A stretch of DNA of 64,000 nt. Source: Caldilineales bacterium. Lineage in GTDB: Bacteria; Chloroflexota; Anaerolineae; JAAEKA01. Under the pieces are notes generated by a model that saw nothing but the letters and a program-made list of their open reading frames with translations, did not search any database and was not told where the DNA came from. The DNA is taken from positions 33,345 to 97,344 of the forward strand of contig JAWKOJ010000020.1 of assembly GCA_041391245.1 (NCBI GenBank). The letters run 5' to 3'. Below are positions 37,661-48,738 of the stretch, one piece after another; the stretch's first letter is position 1, and the number at the start of each line of letters is the position of its first letter. Both the position numbers and the translations under genes were made by a program.

Positions 37661-38245
37661 TCAAACGTTACAGCGTTGTCTGGCCGTCCTTCCCAGCAGG
37701 TCGCGGACATCTTCCCATCCCAGCAGGAGTTCCTCGGTTTGATAGCCTTCCCAGTCATACGGGCGTTTCCCCAGTTCGACCGCGCCCAGTCTCTCGTAAA
37801 ACGCCAGGTTGGGATTATCGACCAGCACGCGCACCAGCAGGCGGGCCGCATTGGCCTCGTCCACCTGCGCGGCGACGCGCGCCACCAGGCGACGGCCGAC
37901 GCCTTGCCGCTGCCAGGCCGGAGCGACCTGGAGGACCCGCAGTTCGTGGGCATAGCGCCCGGCGATGGGCGGCTCGTATCCGTCGTCTGGCGTGATCCCG
38001 CCCAACATCGCCAGGCCGATGACCTCGCCGTCCGTCTCTGCCACGAAAAGAAAGTTTCCCGGTTCCAGGCTTTGGGGAGAGGTGAAGTTCCTGGCCCAGT
38101 TGGCCGCGCTTTCCTCAGGTGTGATCCAAGTCAAACACTTTTCAGGCACGCGCCCATGAAATGCGCCGTGCGTCGCGCTGATGAGAACCCGCGCCAGCGC
38201 AGGGCAGTCGTCGATGTGAGCGTGCCGGACGATTACTTCTGGCAT
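37661..38245 (-). CDS. GNAT family N-acetyltransferase
   Basis: LRVLQVAPAWQRQGVGRRLV (motif A). Confidence 0.75.
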   Translation of the reverse strand: MPEVIVRHAHIDDCPALARVLISATHGAFHGRVPEKCLTWITPEESAANWARNFTSPQSLEPGNFLFVAETDGEVIGLAMLGGITPDDGYEPPIAGRYAHELRVLQVAPAWQRQGVGRRLVARVAAQVDEANAARLLVRVLVDNPNLAFYERLGAVELGKRPYDWEGYQTEELLLGWEDVRDLLGRTARQRCNV

Positions 38246-38293
38246 TGCCGGCTCGCTACTGCGCCGCGCACCGGGGCTGGACGCGCAGCCAAT

Positions 38294-39379
38294 CTAGCGC
38301 AGCCTCAGCACAGCGTCGGGATCGCCGTCGTCCACAACCTCGTCCGGCGCGATAGGTCCATCGTACACCACGCCTGCCCGGTCAGCAAAATAAACCTCGG
38401 CCAGCAAGAGCATACCGCCGTCCGACATCTCGCGGGAGGCGACGCCAGTCGTCAGTCCACCAGTTGGCTGGCCGAAGCTGTGGGTGTCGGGCCGTCCGCG
38501 GAAGGCCACGACGACGGTCTCTCCGGCGCTGGCGGTGCGCCTGGAGGTAAGAACCGCAACCGGCGGCGCCGGATGGCTCAGTTCATACGGCTCGCTGGCC
38601 GTTGTGAGAACTTTATCGTCGACCAGCGCCTGGCCGGCGGCGTAGGACCAGGTGTAGGTTTCACCGTCGGGATCGACAAACGCCCCCACGACGCCTTCGC
38701 CCAAGATCGGCCCGACACCGGCTTGCATCGGCCCCGAACTGCCTCCCGTGTTGGTCGTGAGATCGACAACCCAGCCGCACGGCGACCCGGCGTCCACAGC
38801 CCGGATCAACGCTTGCACCGAGGAGGCGAACTGGTTGGCAGTCTCGGCATCCAGGGCGCTGAAGGCCGGCAGGAGCAGGTAGCCGAACTGGCCTTCGATG
38901 AGGCGCGCCTCAGGCGGCGGCCCGGGATTGCGGCTTATCCGTGTTGTGTAATCTTCGAATTGGCTGGGGGTCATGAAGTGGGTGTGCGGGTCGTCGATCC
39001 ACATCAGCGCCAGCTGGATTACCTGGTGCGCATCTGCCAGACTCTTGGCGTTGCGGCCCACGTTGGTCACGCGCGCCCGGAAGGCTGGCCAGTCCATCTC
39101 GTTGCGATAGACAGCATGGGCTTGCATGACATCCAGAACCTCATCGAGGTAAGCCGCCACCTCGGGAACGAGTGTCGGGACGGGCGTTTCATCAGCGGCC
39201 GTTGGGGATGTGGTTGTTAGCTCTGGTGATGGCAACAGCGTCGCCGTTGGCTCCGGAGTCGGCAGCGGCGTGGCCGTCGGCCTCGGGGTCGCCACGGCGG
39301 GAGCGGACGGTGGCGCTTGAGTACATGCTGCCACAAGCAACAGAGCGAAAAGCAATCCGGCCGACACGGCGGACTTCAT
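38294..39379 (-). CDS. S41-family (C-terminal processing / tail-specific) peptidase lipoprotein
   Basis: Signal LLFALLLVAAC plus Pro/Thr linker; core ...GWVVDLTTNTGGSSGPM...TSRRTASAGE (S41 catalytic Ser/Lys region). Confidence 0.7.
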   Translation of the reverse strand: MKSAVSAGLLFALLLVAACTQAPPSAPAVATPRPTATPLPTPEPTATLLPSPELTTTSPTAADETPVPTLVPEVAAYLDEVLDVMQAHAVYRNEMDWPAFRARVTNVGRNAKSLADAHQVIQLALMWIDDPHTHFMTPSQFEDYTTRISRNPGPPPEARLIEGQFGYLLLPAFSALDAETANQFASSVQALIRAVDAGSPCGWVVDLTTNTGGSSGPMQAGVGPILGEGVVGAFVDPDGETYTWSYAAGQALVDDKVLTTASEPYELSHPAPPVAVLTSRRTASAGETVVVAFRGRPDTHSFGQPTGGLTTGVASREMSDGGMLLLAEVYFADRAGVVYDGPIAPDEVVDDGDPDAVLRLR

Positions 39380-39394
39380 AGCAGCATCACCGGG

Positions 39395-39967
39395 TTATCC
39401 GGATCGCTTCTGCACCTGGTAGTGCAGCCGGACAAATGTCCCGCCGCTCCACGGTGCTGCGGAGAAGAGGCGCAGCGGCGGAGAGGCGATGGGCCGCGGC
39501 AGCAGGGGCGCGCCGCCGCCCAGGGTCACCGGTGCGACAGTGATGATTAGCTCGTCCAGCAACCCATGGTCGTAGAACTGACCCGCCAGATCGCCGCCGC
39601 CCACGATCCAGATGTTCTTGCCCGCCGCGGCTCGCACCATCTCAGCGTGGACAGGGCGTACGTCGCCGCGCACGAAGCGGATGTCCGCACCGTTGATGGC
39701 GGGCAGGTCGCGCGACGAGAAAACCCAGGCCGGTTGGGTGTAGGGCCACGGCTGCTCCTCAGGCGTGCCCGGTCGGACGTGGTTGTCCAGCACCCATTGA
39801 TAAGTGGTGGAACCCATGGCAAGCGCGCCGATGTCATCAATGAACTGGCCGTAGTCGTTGCCCTCGACGTCCTCGAACTGGTGCAGCCAGTCCAGCGAGT
39901 TCGCCGCGTCGGCGATGAAACCGTCCAGGCTGGCGGCGGTGTAGAAGATGGTCTTCGTCATGAGCAT
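39395..39967 (-). CDS. dihydrofolate reductase family protein (RibD C-terminal-like)
   Basis: TIFYTAASLDGFIADAANSLDWL...IWIVGGGDLAGQF. Confidence 0.75.
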   Translation of the reverse strand: MLMTKTIFYTAASLDGFIADAANSLDWLHQFEDVEGNDYGQFIDDIGALAMGSTTYQWVLDNHVRPGTPEEQPWPYTQPAWVFSSRDLPAINGADIRFVRGDVRPVHAEMVRAAAGKNIWIVGGGDLAGQFYDHGLLDELIITVAPVTLGGGAPLLPRPIASPPLRLFSAAPWSGGTFVRLHYQVQKRSG

Positions 39968-40316
39968 GCTCCGCGGGCAGGCAATGTAGTGCCGGTCTCC
40001 CAGCCAGCGCTGAAGCCGGCGAACAGTGATTTAGCCAGTCCTCGAGCGATGGTTGTAGGTTGTCAGACGGCGGTGTCGTGGCATGGACGCCTGCCACAAC
40101 TGGACGCCCATTACCGGTCCCTGATCGCTTTCGTTCAGCGGGATTGTATCACCTTTGGCAGGATGCGCCCAAGTATCCAAGCATGCGGATTAAGTTGTGG
40201 CTCGGTCGAGATGCCTTTGTTTCCACTTCCCGTACCGAGAGAGGGGTGAAAAACGGAACGCCAGCCGGCATCAAAGTGATGCCGGCTGGCGAGTCACGGT
40301 GTGATCCAGCAACCAG

Positions 40317-41345
40317 TCAATGGAATCTGCCGTAGGGCGGACCTGCTACATCGGTGATCTCCAGGACATCTCCCGGAAGAGTGACCACGTATGCCGTGTT
40401 CCCGATGAACTCCATCGACGTGGGCTGGTCGAGTCCATCGGTGATAACGGTGAATGTGCCGTCGCGATTAACCTCCACCAGGGCGCCGGTGTCATGATCC
40501 GCAGGAGTTCCCGGACCGCCAGTTGTATGGATCCCTTGCGACAGTCCATAGAGACGGAGCCCGCGGCCAAACTCGACGTCTACGAGGAGGCTGGCGCCGG
40601 AAGCTACCAGCGCTTCATTGGGAGACTGCAAATTGAACGACACAATCTGTCCGTCCTGAGGGTTATGGGGGATAGGGCCCGCTTCGGCCATGTAGACGGT
40701 GTTGCCCAGTGTCGCCAGACCGGTCGGAACGATGTCTCCAAACGCGATCACCTCGCTAACGTCACCGTCGAGCGTAACCCGCAGCACCCGATTGTGATGT
40801 CCGTCGGTGACCAGGAACCCGCCACGATAGGTCTGCAGCGCGTACTGGACCCCAGTCGGAATCTCGTAGGAGGTACTCGGTGGATTCGCCGTAGAGAATG
40901 CACCGATATCCGCGATGACGGTGTAGCTATCCGGACCGTCAATTCGGTAGATGCCGTCGATGTCGCTGCCGCCTACATCGGGGCTGACCAGCGTCACCAA
41001 CGCGTACGCCTTTCCGCCAAGGAATGCCACGTCCATGACACCGCCGATGCCAACGCCGGGGATCTGTTGCGGCAAACCGCTGGCGAACAGGGTCTTGGCG
41101 CCGGTGCGGGGATCGATGCGCCAGATTTTCCCGGTGTTGGTTTCAGGTACGTACAGGGCATTGCCGGGGCCGATGGCGCTGCCCGAGCCGCCATCCAAAC
41201 CAGTGACCAGCCGGGTTACGTTGCTCTGCACGCATGAAACGTTCTCGAGCCCTCGGCAGTCGCTATCCATTGCATAGGCACTGCCGCTGCTGAGGATGAT
41301 CAAACAGGACAGAGCCAGACTTGATACGAGACTTTTGATTCTCAT
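40317..41345 (-). CDS. secreted beta-propeller protein (NHL/SGL-like repeats)
   Basis: Signal peptide; repeated G-x-x-V motifs, strand-rich; ~340 aa. Confidence 0.5.
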   Translation of the reverse strand: MRIKSLVSSLALSCLIILSSGSAYAMDSDCRGLENVSCVQSNVTRLVTGLDGGSGSAIGPGNALYVPETNTGKIWRIDPRTGAKTLFASGLPQQIPGVGIGGVMDVAFLGGKAYALVTLVSPDVGGSDIDGIYRIDGPDSYTVIADIGAFSTANPPSTSYEIPTGVQYALQTYRGGFLVTDGHHNRVLRVTLDGDVSEVIAFGDIVPTGLATLGNTVYMAEAGPIPHNPQDGQIVSFNLQSPNEALVASGASLLVDVEFGRGLRLYGLSQGIHTTGGPGTPADHDTGALVEVNRDGTFTVITDGLDQPTSMEFIGNTAYVVTLPGDVLEITDVAGPPYGRFH

Positions 41346-41375
41346 CGCGTTACTCCTTTAGAATCTTTCCATCCC

Positions 41376-41648
41376 CTACTGATAGAAATAGGGGTCCAAC
41401 ACAGTCACGGCTGTAATACTGTCGACAGGCAGGTTGTTCCGCCGGGCGGCCTCGCGAATCGCCTCGGGTGATGGCGCATCGTAGATACAGAATGTCTTCT
41501 TCTTATCGCCAGTCACGTAGGAGTGCAGCCATGTCACGTCGCCCTGCAGATTGTTGCCCACCACCGTCATGCAGACTTGCGCCCCCTGCTCGCTCACCGG
41601 GATGGCCAAGCCGTCGGGAAATGTGCGTTCGACCAGATACCGAGCCAC
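41376..41648 (-). CDS. small conserved protein (DUF4242-like)
   Basis: VARYLVERTFPDGLAIPVSEQGAQVCMTVVGNNLQGDVTWLHSYVTGDKKKTFCIYDAPSPEAIREAARRNNLP; GTG start. Confidence 0.5.
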   Translation of the reverse strand: MARYLVERTFPDGLAIPVSEQGAQVCMTVVGNNLQGDVTWLHSYVTGDKKKTFCIYDAPSPEAIREAARRNNLPVDSITAVTVLDPYFYQ

Positions 41649-41843
41649 GATTATTCTCCTTTTGGTGTGAATTGAGCTGTTTGGCTGCAAACCAGCCACA
41701 GACGAACCCGAACTAACCGAAGCATATCATATCGTCGCCTCGCTGTCGTCAGGGAAAACTCTACAGCAGGTTTGATCGCCCCTCTACAAAAAACGGTACG
41801 GGGCGTCAGAGGATGAGGTGGGGAAGCACTGAGGATGGACGCT

Positions 41844-44375
41844 TCAACTGTCCGATTGGTGCGATGAACTCGCCAATCCCGTTTCCAGCGCCCAGGTGGC
41901 AACTTGCACCCTTGAGTCGAAGTTGAGTTTGCTGAGGATACGTGTGACGTACGTTTCGACCGTCTTTACGCGGACTGTCATTGCCTCAGCGATTTCACGG
42001 TTAGATTTGCCCTGTGCAATCAGGACAGCTACCTCGCGCTCGCGGGCGGTCAGACCGCCGAATCCTTCAGCAGCAGGATTCGGCCGCGCCGGTTGGGAAT
42101 CGGCAGCCGGGGCCGGTTCAGCCAGGGCACGAGCGACAGCTGTCTCGATTGACATCACGGCGCCTTCCGCCCAGGCATCGGCAAACGCCGTGTCACCCAA
42201 AGCCGCGCGCAGGGCTGCAAGTACGCGCAGATGGGCAGGATGATCCGCCGGATCGATCACAGACTCGATGGGAGCACGTATGGCCGCCGCCGTTGCCAGG
42301 GCGCGGGTCGCAGTCTGATAGCGCTCAATACGGGCGGAGGCAGGGGCAGTCTCCGCCTGGATCAGCGCAGCTTCCGCCAGCTTTTCCAGGCACCAGGCGA
42401 TACCGCCCCGATCACCGATTTCCATGCGTATCGAGAGACTTTCGCCCAGGGTCGCCTTCATGCGTTTGAGGTCGTGCTGGGCCAGCGCAACCCAGCCAAG
42501 CGACCCCAGCACTGTAGCGATGCCCCAGCTATGGCCGATTTCACGATTTAGCCGCAGGCTTTCTTCGAGCAATGTGAGGCTCGCTCGTATCGGCCCTGAC
42601 GCACTGCGATCTCGCCCAGGCCTGACAGGGCGAACGCAATACCCAGATTATCTCCGGACTGGCGCCCCAAGTGGAGGTAGTCATTCAAATGCACCTCTGC
42701 CTGGTTGTAATCTCCGGTTCGCATCGCGGCCCAGCCAAACAGCATCAGAACGCTGCCGACACCTTGAACATCATTCAGTTCCCGGTAGATTTCCAAGGCC
42801 TCTTGAAGTAACCCCAACGCCCGTTCGTACCTCGCCTCTTCAATCGCCAGATCGCCCAGTTTGAGCAGCGTAGCAGCAAGCCCGGAACGTCCATCCTGCC
42901 CCAGTCCGCGCCAGATTGCCAGCGCTTCTTCAGCATAACCCTGCATCGCGGGATAATCGCTGCTCATGAAGAGCAAGTTCGCGAGATCTGTCAATGCCCG
43001 AGCCCGCAGCATGGCCGGAGCGTGCGTCCCGGTCTGGGAAAGCGCTGTGACGAGATGAGCGGCGCCTCGCTGTTGTAAGCGTGAAGGAACCAGAAGTGCG
43101 CACATGCGACAGCAAGTCGCAGGCCCGGCACAGCTCTGCTTTGATCGCTGCGGCACCACTGCAATGCAGCGCAGGTTGTCATGTTCTGCCTCATATCGGC
43201 CAAGCCAGGCAACTGGCTGGCGCCACTCAAGTTCGCTTCCGTTTGCTCGGCCCATTCGACAAAGAAGGCGCAATGCCGTTCCTGTATTCGATCTGCCTCA
43301 CCGGATTCCGATAGCTTTTCTCGTGCATACTGGCGGATTGTCTCAAGCAGCCTGTAGCGTGTCTCGTCATCCCTTGGCTCGGCCACTGCCAGCGACTTGT
43401 CTACGAGATGCGCCAACAGATTGAGGGTCTCGTCAGAGCCTGTCGCTTCATCTGAACAGACGGCTTCGGCAGCCGCCAGTGTCCAACCGCCTGCAAACAC
43501 AGCCAGACGGCGCAATACCACCTGCTCGGTCTCCGTCAGCAACTTGTAGCTCCAGTCAAGCGTCGCAGTCAGGCCTGCTGGCGCGGCGGATCGCGGCTGC
43601 CTGCCGTGAGCAGCAAAGCGATCGTCGAGTCGCTTTGCAATCTCGCGCACCGACAATACCCGCCACGCGCTGCCGCCAGTTCAATAGCCAGCGGCATCCC
43701 ATCCAGGCGCCGGCAGATTTCTGCCACCCATGGGCCATTTTCAATCGAGAGGGCAAATGCCGGCGCAACGGTTAGCGCGCGCAATGAACAGCTGCACCGC
43801 CTCGGACTGTTCGTATACCAGCAGTGCGGCCTGGCCGCTGGCCGGATCATGCCAGGGCTGGTACTCAGGCAAGGTGAGTGGCGGTACGCTCCAGGTTACC
43901 TCTCCGGTAATCCTCAGGGTTCACGACTGGTAGCAAGAATGCGCACTTCGGGACATGCCTGGAGCAGAGCTGTCGCGAGGTGTGCACGCGGCTACCAGAT
44001 GTTCACAGTTGTCGAACAACAGCAACGCTTGTTGGTGCCGCATGTGGTTGGTCAGCGACTCCAGGAGCGGTTGCGCCGGTTGTTCACGAACATCCAAGAC
44101 TTTGGCGGCCGCCCGCACGACGAGCGCCGGATCGCTGAGAGGCGAAAATCTACCAACCAGGCCCCGCTGGCAAACTGCGGCAGCAAACCTCTTGCCGTTT
44201 GAACGGCCAATCGTGTCTTGCCGCACCCCCCTGGACCGGTCAGCGTTACCAGGCGGTGAGTCGCAAGCTGCTGGGTGACTCCGGCGATCTCCTGTTCCCG
44301 CCCGATAAAGCTGCTCAAATACAATGGTAAGTTGTGGGCTTCAACTTCTGGCATCGCCTCTGGCCCTCCATGCAT
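41844..44375 (-). pseudogene. LuxR-family NB-ARC/TPR transcriptional regulator, decayed paralog (at least 4 frameshifts)
   Basis: Fragments in different frames: P-loop [18 protein letters not shown] (44052..44375); LLLFDNCEHLVAAC (43921..44226); TPR segments; C-terminal LuxR HTH LTAREREVAVLIAQGKSNREIAEAMTVRVKTVETYVTRILSKL (41844..42572). Colinear with the intact 831-aa regulator at 57349..59844. Confidence 0.7.
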
Positions 44376-44623
44376 GGAGCGCGGCGGCAGGACTGGCGAC
44401 CTATGACCGATGGTTAGGACGCTGCCGGATGCTCAACTGATGCGACCTCAGATAAACGAAGTGCATATGTTCCCACCGTGGTCGTTGACGCTGTTACTAC
44501 CAGTTCATCGCCATCGCGCAGCTCAGATTCCGAATCACGCAGGGTACAGCGGCACGGCAATAGTGGAGAAGGTTATCCTATCACCCATGCTACCACCGTT
44601 TTTGTCACGCGTCAATCACAATT

Positions 44624-45286
44624 TTAGTGTCCAATACCCGGTGACGCGCAGACGCCCCCGAACAGCGCCAGCTCCAGCCACTTCCAGTAGCAGTCCACAT
44701 CGTCGAAGCCGATGGCTCGCAGCCAGTCGAGTTGGGTGAACACGTCCAGCAGGATGTTGCTCCGGTCTTCGTCCGCTTCATCCGCGCCGAGCTCGTCCAG
44801 GAAACGGGCGTGGAGCGCGGGCGTCGGTGATGCGACGTGCTCCAGGTTGCAGAAGACCCCACCCGGCGTCAAGAGATCGTAGATTTCAGCGTACAGCGAG
44901 CGCTTGCGTTCGTCCGGGCAGTGATGGATCGCAAAGCTGGAGACGACTGCGTCCAACGGCCCGATGGCCGGAAGGGGGTAGTTCAGATCGTGCTCGAGGA
45001 TTGAGACACGTTCGTCGCCCGCGAAGCGCCCCGCTGCGTCCAGCATGGTCACGGAGAAGTCGACGCCAATCAGCGCCGCGTCGGGGCAATGTGCATGCAG
45101 CAGCGCCAGCAGTCGTCCATCGCCGGTACCCAGGTCCAGGATGCGCCGTCGCCTGTGATGAACGACAACAGCACCGCCTCGCCTTCGCTGCGGTGCGGAA
45201 TCGAACGGCTTTGCCAGGTAGGCCTGGGCGTGCTCAGGGTTTGATATTCGCTGAGAGTCAAAGGAGCGCCTCTCCCAAAGCACCAC
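44624..45286 (-). CDS. class I SAM-dependent methyltransferase
   Basis: ILDLGTGDGRLL (motif I), DAVVSSFAIHH, LLTPGGVF. Confidence 0.75.
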   Translation of the reverse strand: MVLWERRSFDSQRISNPEHAQAYLAKPFDSAPQRRRGGAVVVHHRRRRILDLGTGDGRLLALLHAHCPDAALIGVDFSVTMLDAAGRFAGDERVSILEHDLNYPLPAIGPLDAVVSSFAIHHCPDERKRSLYAEIYDLLTPGGVFCNLEHVASPTPALHARFLDELGADEADEDRSNILLDVFTQLDWLRAIGFDDVDCYWKWLELALFGGVCASPGIGH

Positions 45287-45461
45287 ACGGTGCAGTCAGG
45301 TCACAGGGTTGGCCTCGTCGGTGATGAAACCGACGAGGCTCGTAGGGTGTACTCCGGTGCCTATTGACATATGCCTGTTGCTCCACGTATGTCGTGGATG
45401 GCTGAAGTCGTTTCGGAGTCTCAATTCACGGAGAGATCGTTGCATGTTCGAATGAAGTTTG

Positions 45462-45812
45462 CTACTCGCCTAATCTTTTCGGCCAAATCGATCTGTCTAG
45501 CGGCGGATCAAGATTGACGACTCGTCTTGCCAGTTTGACTTTGTCAACGCTCTTGTTAGGTTCATCGCTCACGCCATCGATGTAATAGTAGCATTGTTCA
45601 TAGCGATCAAAGGAGAACAAACCCCTCGCTGACGAATACAGTTGCTTGACAGCGGCTTCTATTAATTCTGGTGGAACATAATTCTCGATTTCTCGACCGG
45701 CCGTAACCCACGCAAAACCAGGACCTTTGTCGAATTCGTCTCGAATCCGCCGCTTCGTTGGATTTATAGGCTGACCTTTTCTCCTTTTGTCGCTGTCAAT
45801 CACAATTGCCAA
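45462..45812 (-). pseudogene. 3' fragment of IS-disrupted OLD-family (TOPRIM) nuclease gene
   Basis: Begins (L)AIVIDSDKRRKG (DxD TOPRIM-like motif) immediately at the IS left inverted repeat. AT-richer than the genome. Confidence 0.5.
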
Positions 45813-47012
45813 GTCTAGCTACCCGACAGTTTGATGGTGCGTGCGGAAGGACAGAGTTTGATCCGCACGGACAGAGAGTTGACAAGCCGTCGCTTGATCC
45901 ATCGTAAGCCGATCTGAAAGATGGATAGATCTCGGCGATCGGCTCGATCAACCAGGTGTCTTTGGCCGTTCTTGATTACCGCAGCGCCGGTGGTAACGAG
46001 CCAGGTGTAAAGCAGAGAAACAGCCAAGGTCACGGGACAAGCGCATGAAGTGGCGCAGATGGGTACTCTCAAGATCGAAGCCATGGCCTTTGAAGTCACC
46101 GAACATCTCCTCGATCCACATGTGCCGCTCGTATGCACGAGTGCTATCCGGCAATGAGCCAGGTTGGTGGCGATGAGCCAGGATCTGGCTTCACCTGGCT
46201 TCAGTAGCCGAGCAGATTGGTGCGATAGGCATGTTTGAGCGTTAACAAGCTTGCTGGCCACCACACGGTCTGTCGCTCTGTTTCCAGACCAGAGCGCCGA
46301 AATTCTGCCAACTGCTGGCTTGATTGAACAGCACTTGGTTGTTCGCCTTTTGGCGCAGAGCATAGTGCCAACCATGTCCATCGAGAAAACGCAGCACCTC
46401 AACAGCGCCGAATTCGCTGTCGCCGACCACCAAGACGGTGCTATCCGGTGGCAAGAGGCTTCGAACGCATGACAGCAGCGCTAGTTGGGTCTTGGCTGAA
46501 CTGTGACCTCGGGCGCCTTTGATCCAGGTCCAGGCAATCGGGATCGACCGGCGCCGATAGGCAACAGCTATCATCAAGAGTTGATGACCGAACCCGACCT
46601 TGCTGCCATCGACAATCAAACGTATCTCGCCTGATGCTGCGGCCGATTGTAGCCAAGATCGAGCCATGGTTCCGTACCATGGTCGAACCCGCAAAGCTGG
46701 ATTGTCGAGCAAGCGTCCTAGCCGTCGAACAACGCTTAACAACTTGGCTTGACCGGTATCTCCGAGCAATGGCACTCAATTGCACCGATCTGCTTTGGTA
46801 GATCCCTACCACTAGCCATGCCAGAGTGCGTATCCGTGTGATCCGTTCATTGGGCCGAAGTTGCATTAGCTGCGACCCAGCTATGATACAGGCGGTTGAT
46901 CGACATTGAGTAGCTCCTTGTTCCGTGATCTGGTTGCTTCAAATCACTTTACTTGGATCTGCTCAGTCGATCAACTTCTCACTTTCCAAAACTGTCAGGT
47001 AGCTAGTTGCCA
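45813..47012 (-). mobile_element. IS element (IS4/IS701-like DDE transposase, itself fragmented) with terminal inverted repeats and 9-bp target-site duplication
   Basis: IRs: CTAGCTACCCGACAGTTTG (45813-) and rc of CAAAACTGTCAGGTAGCTAG (-47012). TSD TTGCCAAGT on both flanks. Transposase pieces 46242..46775 and 45948..46154 (…HMWIEEMFGDFKGHGFDLESTHL). Confidence 0.8.
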
Positions 47013-48428
47013 AGTTTTGGTTGATTTTTCTGCAAGGAGATGAATTCATCGATCTCTGCATCGTCGGCTGATAGGTGGCTTAGAAGCCTGCCTCCGTAAA
47101 ACATGATGGAAAACTGTATCCCCTCGTCTAATTCTGGAGCGATTGTTCTTAGCCAGTGTTTCAGGTAAATCCGATCCTGATGGGCCTTCGACCCAAATAA
47201 TACAGTTGGCTTGCAAGATATCCGACGCTCGATATCCGAGATCGACTGAAATGGCATAACGCTGACTTGGTGACAGAGCTGGCGTGACGATGGATTGTTC
47301 ACCATCATGCCGAACATGAAACACTGCAGCTCGAGGAATATCAATCATTGATGCTGAATGGGTTGCCATGAAGTACTGATTGGTTGTGTGTTCTTCCAGA
47401 TACTTGATCAGCTTTTTCTGTAAGGTTGGATGAAGATGGATCTCTGGTTCCTCAATACAGACTATCTGATCTTGGAGGAGGGTGCCTGCAATGGCCATCA
47501 TGATTACTTCGTGAATTCCTGTTCCAAGATTCTCGATCGGAAGTGTTTTGCCGCCTAACTCAACTTGAATGGTCGTGCGAGACGCGGGTATCTCAATCTG
47601 AACATTGGGTTCTCCGACCACCTCACTCACGAATTGGTTGATCTTTGCGAATTTGGATTTTGCCTCGTAATAGCCTTCGCCGATGTCTGGGCGCTCAAGC
47701 CTCACCAACTCTTGAATTATGTTTAGACCACTGTAGTTGTATTCCTGCGTAGCTGGGTCAGCCTTAATTTCCCTGACAGCATCGATGATTGAGATCTGAG
47801 GCATTCCACTTTGTACAGGACTCAATGCCTGTAAAATATGGGGAATAGCATCTTTCACCATTCTTCGCGTGGCTTCAGACGGTCGCCGAGTTGTTATGCC
47901 TTGCAAGAGTAATCCCCAATCCCTAATAGTTAGACCGTCTGGTGAACTCTTGCTATCGCTTATCCGATTCTCTGAGATCTTGTGGATCAAGCTCTCGGAT
48001 AGAATCAAGACTTGACCATAAGTCGCTCCATAGACAAACCACGACAATTCAGTATTCAGAGTAATCTCTGAGAACCGAAGCACATAGTCGATGAGTTTCT
48101 GCACGTGGGCGCTATCAGACGATGCAGAACTTGTGCTCTGTAGAATTGTGTTTAGAGATGATCCGTCTCTCCTCAAGCCGAACGCAATCTGTATTTGTCC
48201 CGAATTCACCCCGATATGTTGCTCAAGTTCCCCAACGTTAAACGCATTTCGTGTACTACTTGCCGAGAACCTTGCACTCTGATAGCGATTGCCAAGGAAC
48301 TTCAATATGTTTGATTTGCCAGAGTTGTTTTGTCCAATAAACAAGTTGATCTTGTTCAGTGGACCAATCAGCTGAAGATCATCTCCAAAGCTTCGATAGG
48401 ATGATAGACCAAATCCATCGATAAACAT
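47013..48428 (-). pseudogene. OLD-family ATP-dependent endonuclease (ABC-type ATPase + TOPRIM; class-1 OLD/GajA-like), frameshifted and interrupted by IS
   Basis: MFIDGFGLSSYRSFGDDLQLIGPLNKINLFIGQNNSGKSNILKFL (Walker A), ...ATHSASMID, IHLHPTLQKKL; TOPRIM start IIWVEGPS then continues in another frame (..DRIYLKHWLRTIAPELDEGIQFSIMFYGG). The stop is supplied by the IS inverted repeat. Confidence 0.65.
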
Positions 48429-48665
48429 CGGATCTCTTTCCTTTCACTTCCTGGCTTTCGACCGTCGTATGTAGCTCGCACTGCAACCAGCTACATCTCC
48501 AACGAATTCTGATTTCACTACTCTATTTTCAATGGATATTTCAGTGACCAATTCTGTGTCCACACGATTTCATTACGGCACCATTCGTGCGACTGCTTCC
48601 GTTGTCCATGCCTCAGTGTTCCCCTCAACCGTACTCTGGTCAAGGCAAGTACAGTGATTAGCAAG

Positions 48666-48722
48666 AACCAAGCGCCTGCTGACTTGGTATCCAGCAGGCG
48701 CTTGTTGGTTCAACTCAGATAG
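48666..48722 (-). terminator. strong hairpin downstream of ABC-transporter substrate-binding gene
   Basis: GAACCAAGCGCCTGCTG...CAGCAGGCGCTTGTTGGTTC, a ~17-bp near-perfect inverted repeat. Confidence 0.45.
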
Positions 48723-48738
48723 TCCGCAGACCGGACGA

